A stretch of DNA of 45,588 nucleotides, filler included, from Candidatus Woesearchaeota archaeon (lineage in GTDB: Archaea > Nanobdellota > Nanobdellia > Woesearchaeales > JAAOYA01): the NCBI GenBank assembly GCA_018221105.1. It is 6 parts of 5 records of this genome, joined end to end, with 100 filler letters (N's around TTAATTAATTAA, not from the genome) between each part and the next. Parts side by side here need not be neighbours in the genome. Positions count along the whole stretch, not along the records: positions 33,118 to 45,588 come from JAAOYA010000004.1; 5 more parts are not named here. The stretch is one strand, 5' to 3'. Of the stretch, positions 39,375 through 45,588 are shown piece after piece; the first letter of the stretch is position 1; every line of letters begins with the position of its first letter. The notes below the pieces were generated by a model that did not search any database, had not been told where the DNA came from, and saw nothing but the letters and a program-made list of their open reading frames with translations. A program made the position numbers and the translations under genes.

Positions 39375-39500
39375 TTTTGGGATATCCCAAAATTTATAAT
39401 TTTAATATCTATCATTTTATTTGCTCCTGGATACAAACTTTAGAATTTGGTTTGTATCTCCTTGTTCAACAATTGACCATTAACGTCGCCGTTAACAGTC
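39375..39500 (-). other. Three stacked hairpins/palindromes between rpl34e and rpl14e
   Basis: GACTGTTAACG-GCGA-CGTTAATGGTC (39500-39475), GATACAAAC-N11-GTTTGTATC (39430-39458), perfect palindrome TTTTGGGATATCCCAAAA (39375-39392). Confidence 0.7.
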
Positions 39501-39512
39501 TCGAACTTGTTT

Positions 39513-39785
39513 TCACAAGAGATCGTCAGCTTCACTGACAATTTTTTTTCTGGCACATGTGCTACAAAGTACTCCACCGTATGGTCTTTCTGGCCTTTTT
39601 TTTGTTTTTGCCATGTTTTCCATTTTGTAGGGTCTTTCTCTTGGAACTCCTGCTAGGACAACTTTACAGTCTGCACACTTGGCTTTTTGTGGCTTGCGCT
39701 TTTTAAAAACTCTTTTTGTGGTGCCTCCTGGCGTTCTAACGCTTACCCTGCGGTGTGTTCTTGAGCGAAATCTTGGTTGTACCAT
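39513..39785 (-). CDS. rpl34e: 50S ribosomal protein L34e
   Basis: RTPGG, C..C...L.GVPR, RPERPYGGVLC..C. Confidence 0.96.
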   Translation of the reverse strand: MVQPRFRSRTHRRVSVRTPGGTTKRVFKKRKPQKAKCADCKVVLAGVPRERPYKMENMAKTKKRPERPYGGVLCSTCARKKIVSEADDLL

Positions 39786-39812
39786 TGTAGAAGGCTGAGA
39801 ATTGCGGTTTAT

Positions 39813-41474
39813 TTATAAAGCTTTTTGTAGGATTTGGTATAATTCTGTCATGTTTAACTCTAGGGCTGCTACTGGAGAATCTAATTCGTAATTGTTGAGT
39901 GTTTGAGGGTTTACTTCTCCAATGTACGCTATTTTTTTGTTGTTTACGCTTGCCCTGGCAACACGTCCTGGTATGAATGTTGGGTGTTCTGCTTCAATCA
40001 TTTCTGCTTTTAATGATAGAGCGTTTAGTAGATAATCTAGTACTTGTCGTATTTTTGTGTAATCGGCGTTGTGATCGCTTATTAGTACTGCTAATCGTTG
40101 AAATTCTTCTACTCCTGTTTCTGTCTTAGTGTTTTTTTTAAAGCAATAATTGGTTTCAAAGATTTTGTGTGGTAATTCTCGGCTTTTGTTGTGTTCTAGC
40201 ACGTCTAATAGGCTTGGCAGCATCCAAGCGCGTAAGACGTCGTAGTCTGCGCTAAAACTATTAGCTAATTCTACTAGTTCTAGTTTTGTATTGGTTTTTT
40301 TTGTTTGCTTGTGTTTTGATGTTATACAAAAGGTGTTTGTTTCAATAAATCCTAGTCCTGCTAACAGATTCGCAACTCGTTTTTTGAATACTTCAAATCC
40401 GTCTTCTTGTGCTAGTGTTGCAACGTTTGGTATTATTTCATCAAAATTTTCATAACCGTAGGCTATTGCAATGTCTTCTGCTAAGTCTACCATGTGTAAA
40501 ACGTCTGCTCGATAAGCTGGTACTTGTGCTTTTTTGTTGTTGTAGCCAAAGCCCATTCGCTCTAAAAGTTTTTTTGTTTGTGCTTCTGTTAATTGTAATC
40601 CTAATAATTTGTTAATATAATTTATATCGACTTTTTGCTCTGTTGGCTTGAGGTTTGGCGTTGTGACTTTTTTTCCTCCGGGATAGTATAATGTCATAGA
40701 ATAAACTTGTCCTCCCATCTCTGCCATTGTAGTGACTAAAATGTTTAATGCTTGTGATAGACTTTCAAAATGGTGACCGCTGCATTCAATGAATACTTCT
40801 TTTGTGCTTGTGCTGATTTTTCCTGTGTCGTGACTGTTGATTATTGGCGGCATTGACAGTACTTTGTTTTTTGCGTCAACAAATAAGGGGTATTTTTTTA
40901 GTCCTTCTAATAAGTGCGCGTATTCTCGTCCAGCCGGGTGTTGTGCTAGTATTTGGTTAGCGTCAAGCTCTCTACTATGCTCTAATGGTTGGAATTTTAT
41001 TTTTTTTGGCTCCAATGCCTTAAAAGTTATTGGCATTGTGATGTGCTCTAATGGGTATATGCCTATAGCTACTCTTTTGCGATTGCGCCCAAAACTAACA
41101 TGTAATTTTTCTTGTATTTGTATTAGTTCACGTATTTTTTCGCCGTCAAAGGTTAATCCTTTTACTATTGCGCATGCTGTGTGTTCTCTAATGCCTTGCA
41201 ATGAGCGCTCCAAGGTTAGTTTTTGCCCTGAAGGGATGATTTTATAGTTTTTAAGCCCTGTTTTTTTGCCAATAAAACTGCTAAAGGCTCTTGCAAAGCC
41301 CTGCTCTGAGAGCCAGTCTGGCCTGTTAGGCTCTATCTCAAGTTTAATCTCGTCAGCTGTAATTTCTTCAACACTAGCACCAAGGTATGTTATTCTATCA
41401 ACTAGTTTTTCTTCGCTTAATTTGCTACCTACTAGTTTTTCGAATACTTTGCGATTTAGTGTTATTGTTGGCAT
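39813..41474 (-). CDS. pheT: Phenylalanine-tRNA ligase beta subunit (archaeal type)
   Basis: MPTI, PNRPDWLS..G.ARA, QEKLH...GR.RK..AIG, SMPPIINS, PAYRADVLH.VDLAEDIAIAYGY. Confidence 0.97.
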   Translation of the reverse strand: MPTITLNRKVFEKLVGSKLSEEKLVDRITYLGASVEEITADEIKLEIEPNRPDWLSEQGFARAFSSFIGKKTGLKNYKIIPSGQKLTLERSLQGIREHTACAIVKGLTFDGEKIRELIQIQEKLHVSFGRNRKRVAIGIYPLEHITMPITFKALEPKKIKFQPLEHSRELDANQILAQHPAGREYAHLLEGLKKYPLFVDAKNKVLSMPPIINSHDTGKISTSTKEVFIECSGHHFESLSQALNILVTTMAEMGGQVYSMTLYYPGGKKVTTPNLKPTEQKVDINYINKLLGLQLTEAQTKKLLERMGFGYNNKKAQVPAYRADVLHMVDLAEDIAIAYGYENFDEIIPNVATLAQEDGFEVFKKRVANLLAGLGFIETNTFCITSKHKQTKKTNTKLELVELANSFSADYDVLRAWMLPSLLDVLEHNKSRELPHKIFETNYCFKKNTKTETGVEEFQRLAVLISDHNADYTKIRQVLDYLLNALSLKAEMIEAEHPTFIPGRVARASVNNKKIAYIGEVNPQTLNNYELDSPVAALELNMTELYQILQKAL

Positions 41475-41475
41475 T

Positions 41476-43008
41476 TTACTTGTTGAATATTTTCATCTCC
41501 CTTAATTGTTTTAAGTCATTATAATATAAGTCTCGAATGTCTACAATGTTGAAGTATTCCATTATCACTCTTTCCATTCCAATACCCCACGCTAGCACTG
41601 GAACTTCTACTCCTAGTAATGGTTTTGTCATCTCTGGCCGAAATATTCCCGCTCCTGTTAGTTCTACCCATTCTTTTTTTATTTCATTGTAGCCTTCTAC
41701 TTCGACCGATGGTTCTGTGTATGGGAAGTGTGCTGGTTTCATTCGAATTTTTTTAAATCCCATCTTACCAAAGAACTCTGCCAGGTATCCTTTGAGTTGT
41801 TCTAGGTTGCCGTTTGGGTCTACTACTATTCCTTCTACTTGGTTGAATTCGAATAGGTGTTTCCAGTCTAGTGCTTCATTTCGAAATACTTTGTTTACTG
41901 AAAAGAATTTTGCTGGCATTGTGTATTCTCCATCATGAATTTTTCGCAAGAATTGTGAGCTTAGTACTGTTGTGTGTGTTCGTAGCATGTTTTCACTGGC
42001 AATTTCACTGCTCCAGGGCGTGCCCCAACCACTACTGCCAGTGTCAGCGCCGTTTTCGTGCACTTCTTTGATTTTTTTGTGCCACTCTGGCAGTTTTGCT
42101 TTTTTAGGATTTTTAATGTAAAAACTATCTTGCATTGCTCTTGCTGGATGGTCTTGTGGTACAAATAACGTGTCTAGGTTCCAAAAGGCTGATTGTACTA
42201 AATCACCCGTCATTTCCACGAATCCCATTTCTATCCAGATTTTTTTTATGTATTCTGTTGCTTGATTGACAAAGTGGCGTTTCCCGCCGTGTATTGCTGG
42301 AACGTTTATTGTCACGTCGTAGCGCCTAAATTTTTTGTTTTTCCAACTACCACTTTTTAATTCCTTGCTTGTTAATGAATTAATAATGTTTTTACTTGAA
42401 AGTTTTGTTTGCGTGGCTTTTTTTCCAAGGCTTGTAAGAGTGTAAGATCGTTTTTTTTGTATTATAGTTTTTAACATATTTTTTCTTTTTATTAGGTTCT
42501 CATATGCAAATTGTTGCTCGGGTTTTAAGTCTTTGACGTTTAATGGGTAGTGTTCTTGCAATAACTCTTCTTCTAAACTATTTTTTAGCAGTAGTGCTTT
42601 TCCTGCCGTTGTAATAGTAAATAATGGTTCTTTTTCTTTTGTGACCTGTATTGCAGCTTTCTGTTTTAACAGTCCTATGCACGCGCTTATTTCTTGTTTT
42701 TCTAATTTTGACTTTTTTATTAGTTGATCGTACGTTAGAGAATCATTTTTTATTGTTTGTAAGAATTTTTTTTCTGGCAGCCCACCTTTGCGGTATTTTT
42801 TGCCGTTCTCATCAAGTTCTAATAACTCATTTGTTTGCAGCGCTCCACTGATTAATTTTTTGTTCTCTAACCATTGTAGTGCTCTTTGCAGTTCTACTTC
42901 TTGCAAATGACTTTTTTCTAGTAGTTCTTCAAAGGCAGTATTGTTTTTTATTATTGGCAGAACTGTTCTTTCTAGTTGGTTTAGTGAGTCAACAATTTTT
43001 TGTACCAT
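41476..43008 (-). CDS. pheS: Phenylalanine-tRNA ligase alpha subunit (archaeal type)
   Basis: FWNLD.LFVPQDHPAR.MQD, LRTHTT, FRNE..D.KHL.EF.QVEG, FPYTEPS, GAGIFRPE. Confidence 0.97.
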   Translation of the reverse strand: MVQKIVDSLNQLERTVLPIIKNNTAFEELLEKSHLQEVELQRALQWLENKKLISGALQTNELLELDENGKKYRKGGLPEKKFLQTIKNDSLTYDQLIKKSKLEKQEISACIGLLKQKAAIQVTKEKEPLFTITTAGKALLLKNSLEEELLQEHYPLNVKDLKPEQQFAYENLIKRKNMLKTIIQKKRSYTLTSLGKKATQTKLSSKNIINSLTSKELKSGSWKNKKFRRYDVTINVPAIHGGKRHFVNQATEYIKKIWIEMGFVEMTGDLVQSAFWNLDTLFVPQDHPARAMQDSFYIKNPKKAKLPEWHKKIKEVHENGADTGSSGWGTPWSSEIASENMLRTHTTVLSSQFLRKIHDGEYTMPAKFFSVNKVFRNEALDWKHLFEFNQVEGIVVDPNGNLEQLKGYLAEFFGKMGFKKIRMKPAHFPYTEPSVEVEGYNEIKKEWVELTGAGIFRPEMTKPLLGVEVPVLAWGIGMERVIMEYFNIVDIRDLYYNDLKQLREMKIFNK

Positions 43009-43055
43009 TGTATTTAGAACTTGTTGGTGGTTGAGTATATAAAAAGTTTTGTTCT

Positions 43056-43952
43056 TTAAATGTTTTTGCGAAGGTATTCCTCTATGAATGATCCGTGACT
43101 TAGAACTCCTAAATCGCTTATTATTGCTGTTATTAGGCTTGTATTAATTTTTTCGAATGCTGGGTTGCGTATTTGTAGGTTTTTGTTTTTTGGTGCTTTG
43201 TTCCATAGTTCTTTTATTGAGCGTTTTTCTATTGGTTCTTCGTCACCGTATAAGCTATTGACATCGTATTTTAGGCTGCTTGTGCAAATGTAGACTGGTA
43301 TGTCGTATTGTTTTGCCACTAAAGACGCCAGTTCACTTCCTATTTTGTTGTAGACTTTGTCTGTGCTGATGGCGTCAGCGCCTAGTAATACCATGTCGCA
43401 GTGTTTTATTGCGAGTCTCATCGCACTATCAATAAAAAGTGTTGTTTTTATGTGATTGTTTGATAGTTCCTTTGCTGTTTTGCGGCCTTGAAATAATGGT
43501 CTTGTTTCTGTGCAGTGTACTTCGAAGCGTTTACCTTGGCCTTTAGCTTTTTTTAATATTGCCATTACTGTGCTTGAATGACAGTGAGTGTAGATTATCG
43601 AACCATTTTTTATTTTTTTTGCTCCAATACTCGCGATTTTTTCGTCATCAGTACTAATTTTCGCTAGTAATTTATCAGCGTTGTCACAAAAGGTTTTTGT
43701 CAGACTTACAAAATCTGTGGTGTTTAATTTTTTAAAAAGTAGTTCTAAAGTGTTTTTTAGCATTGGCTCTGTCGGCCTAGTATTTTCTAATTGTGTGCGA
43801 CTTTTCTGTAAGTGTTCTAGAATGTGATGGTGATTGTCTTTTTTTATTTTGTGCAATTCATCTTTTAATACCACTATTGCGACTTTTGCTATGTTTTCTG
43901 CTCCTTGAATTTTCAATTCTTTGATGTCATTGATAGTTTTTTGTAGTGTCAT
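43056..43952 (-). CDS. eIF-2B family protein, probably ribose-1,5-bisphosphate isomerase
   Basis: IQGA, TRPTEP, THCHSSTV, TETRPLFQG, GADAI, NKIGS, NPAFE. Confidence 0.82.
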   Translation of the reverse strand: MTLQKTINDIKELKIQGAENIAKVAIVVLKDELHKIKKDNHHHILEHLQKSRTQLENTRPTEPMLKNTLELLFKKLNTTDFVSLTKTFCDNADKLLAKISTDDEKIASIGAKKIKNGSIIYTHCHSSTVMAILKKAKGQGKRFEVHCTETRPLFQGRKTAKELSNNHIKTTLFIDSAMRLAIKHCDMVLLGADAISTDKVYNKIGSELASLVAKQYDIPVYICTSSLKYDVNSLYGDEEPIEKRSIKELWNKAPKNKNLQIRNPAFEKINTSLITAIISDLGVLSHGSFIEEYLRKNI

Positions 43953-44569
43953 TGTAGTATTGCGTTTTTTGGGCTGAAAGTGTAGGTGTTATGCTCGTCA
44001 AAATAACCGCACATTATTTGATTAAGTGTTAGTCCTGTGCGTTTTGCTAGCATTAGAGCATAAAAGTATGTTTGTGTCACCGCTTTTTTTTCTTTTTTTG
44101 CTTTTGGTTTATAATCCCAAACCCATATTTTATTTTTGTCTTCTACTCTTAGTATATCTATATGTCCTGTTAGTGGTTTTGTAGTATTAAAAATGTTTGA
44201 ATATTTTGGGTGCTCGTGTTGCTCTAACCATATTGGCAGCTCAACACTTATTGTTTTGTGATCGTAGCCTAGCATGAACATTTGAACTTTTGAGTGTGCT
44301 GTTTTGTAATGACTATTGTTTTCTAGCCCTTGTGCTGCTAGTTGGCTTACCTCGTGGTTATCGTGCTCTTGTAAGTTTACAGTTATCGGCATTTGCAGAC
44401 TTGAACTTCTTGGTCCATCTTGAAATTTATCGTCTGGGCAATCTGTGAACATGTCGTATAAATAGTTTTTTAGTTTTGCGTGCTGGCCGTTGATTAAATC
44501 TTTGGTTTTTTGCTCGTGTACTCTGTAATGGTAGAACCACCCGTGTTTTAGACTGACGTGTTTTATCAT
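43949..44569 (-). CDS. PD-(D/E)XK nuclease-family protein
   Basis: ELPIW, TGHIDIL, WDYKP, Q...YALML (RecB/Cas4-like core). Confidence 0.8.
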   Translation of the reverse strand: MIKHVSLKHGWFYHYRVHEQKTKDLINGQHAKLKNYLYDMFTDCPDDKFQDGPRSSSLQMPITVNLQEHDNHEVSQLAAQGLENNSHYKTAHSKVQMFMLGYDHKTISVELPIWLEQHEHPKYSNIFNTTKPLTGHIDILRVEDKNKIWVWDYKPKAKKEKKAVTQTYFYALMLAKRTGLTLNQIMCGYFDEHNTYTFSPKNAILQ

Positions 44570-44614
44570 TAAAAAATAGTAGAAGTAATTGCTTTATTAA
44601 ATTTGCCAAAAAAA

Positions 44615-44785
44615 TTATTTTTTGCGTTTTTTTAGCAAGTCTCCTACCATGCTTTCCATGTGTCCTTCGATTCGCTCTATTTTGCGGTCCATTAATACTA
44701 GAACTCTTAGGCTGTATACTATTGCTGCTAGTACGCCTGCAAACAATGCCATTACTACTAGTAGTTGTTGATCTGAAAATGCCAT
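44615..44785 (-). CDS. 56-aa single-TM microprotein (below the ORF-track cutoff)
   Basis: MAFSDQQLLVVMALFAGVLAAIVYSLRVLVLMDRKIERIEGHMESMVGDLLKKRKK with AAGGAGGT RBS. Confidence 0.78.
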   Translation of the reverse strand: MAFSDQQLLVVMALFAGVLAAIVYSLRVLVLMDRKIERIEGHMESMVGDLLKKRKK

Positions 44786-44868
44786 TTTTTACTCAAACCT
44801 CCTTTATAGTGGTTTTTTGTTATACTAGTATAAAAAGGTTTTCAAAAAAAGAAATTGTTGCTGTTTTT

Positions 44869-45588
44869 TTAGTTTGTTTTAATTTTTGGCAGGTTTTTCC
44901 AGGCGAGCTCGAATAATTGTTCTAGCGCGCTTGCAAAAAATGGTGTGTTAACCCAAATACCAACATCGTAAGTTGGGTGTACTTGTTCGTCGTCAAGTAG
45001 CATGAAAATTATTTCTTTTGAGTCTATTATAATGAATCGTGATTTAATGTTTTTTAGTTCTCTTAATTCTAGGTTTTTAATTGTTTCTATATCTTTTAAT
45101 TGTTTTGGGTTTATTGTGTCTATTGGCGCTGCTATATGTATTTTGACGTTTCGCTCTGAAGCTTTTTTTAATGATTTTTTGTGATTTTCTAGTTTTCTGA
45201 TGATTCCGCTGTTTGTTGTTACTATTGTAATGTTTTTTTCTGATTCGTTGATTAATAGGTCTAAATGATCGTGTATTGCGTTTCGCCCTTTTAGTGCTGC
45301 TGTTAGGTCTGTTGGCTCTACTAGTTCTACTCCTTTTTTATGTAGGTGTTTTAGTTCTTTTAGTATGTCTGATTCTTTTATTGTGTTTAGGTTGTCTATG
45401 TTTTTTTTGGCGTCATTATCAATTTTTTTCTTTACTCGCTCTACTACTTCTTCTGGTGGTACTGCTATGTATTTTATTGGTTTTCCTAGTTTTACTATAA
45501 TAAAGCCTTTTTTTTCTAGGCTTTCAAGAACGTCGTATGATCGTGATCGTGGAACATTGGCAATGTCTGATAATTCTCCTGCTGTCGA
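44869..45588 (-). CDS. TrmB-family regulator, C-terminal part
   Basis: Manual translation STAGELSDIANVPRSRSYDVLESLEKKGF..GKPIKYIAVPP..SRFIIIDSKEIIFML..YDVGIWVNTPFFA..KTN*, open to the window end. Confidence 0.92.
   Translation of the reverse strand, partial: STAGELSDIANVPRSRSYDVLESLEKKGFIIVKLGKPIKYIAVPPEEVVERVKKKIDNDAKKNIDNLNTIKESDILKELKHLHKKGVELVEPTDLTAALKGRNAIHDHLDLLINESEKNITIVTTNSGIIRKLENHKKSLKKASERNVKIHIAAPIDTINPKQLKDIETIKNLELRELKNIKSRFIIIDSKEIIFMLLDDEQVHPTYDVGIWVNTPFFASALEQLFELAWKNLPKIKTN

Noticed and set aside
43949..44569. Cas4 / CRISPR adaptation gene
   Set aside because: Lacks the four-Cys Fe-S motif and has no cas or array context.

Overview
The window is a pseudo-scaffold of six contigs joined by N-TTAATTAATTAA-N linkers: 1-1705, 1806-4401, 4502-8226, 8327-31231, 31332-33017 and 33118-45588. 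Most of it looks like a low-GC DPANN archaeon, probably Woesearchaeota-like (inference). Support comes from archaeal pheS/pheT, rpl14e, rpl34e, pelota, TrmB, a PurP pair, a ribose-1,5-bisphosphate isomerase and an intron-containing tRNA-Thr(CGT). It also carries an nrdR-nrdJ operon, a HelY/Ski2-type helicase, a MacB-type ABC system, an ADP-heptose cluster and giant LamG/FG-GAP surface proteins. Contig 5 is foreign: it has the 5' end of a Planctomycetota-type 16S rRNA and sigma70 promoters. The IS1182 contig is probably bacterial too. Main leads: (1) a repeated cassette of a tandem-HTH regulator overlapping a membrane-anchored stalk protein, whose complete copy ends in a Bdellovibrio-MAT/tail-fibre-like module followed by LamG proteins, a candidate regulated host-attachment system; (2) tandem NrdR boxes over an archaeal TATA promoter; (3) two gene starts duplicated into translationally coupled mini-ORFs with a new RBS; (4) the last contig has a 53-bp terminal direct repeat whose joining restores an intact TrmB ORF. 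All calls come from reading motifs by eye; no database searches were run.
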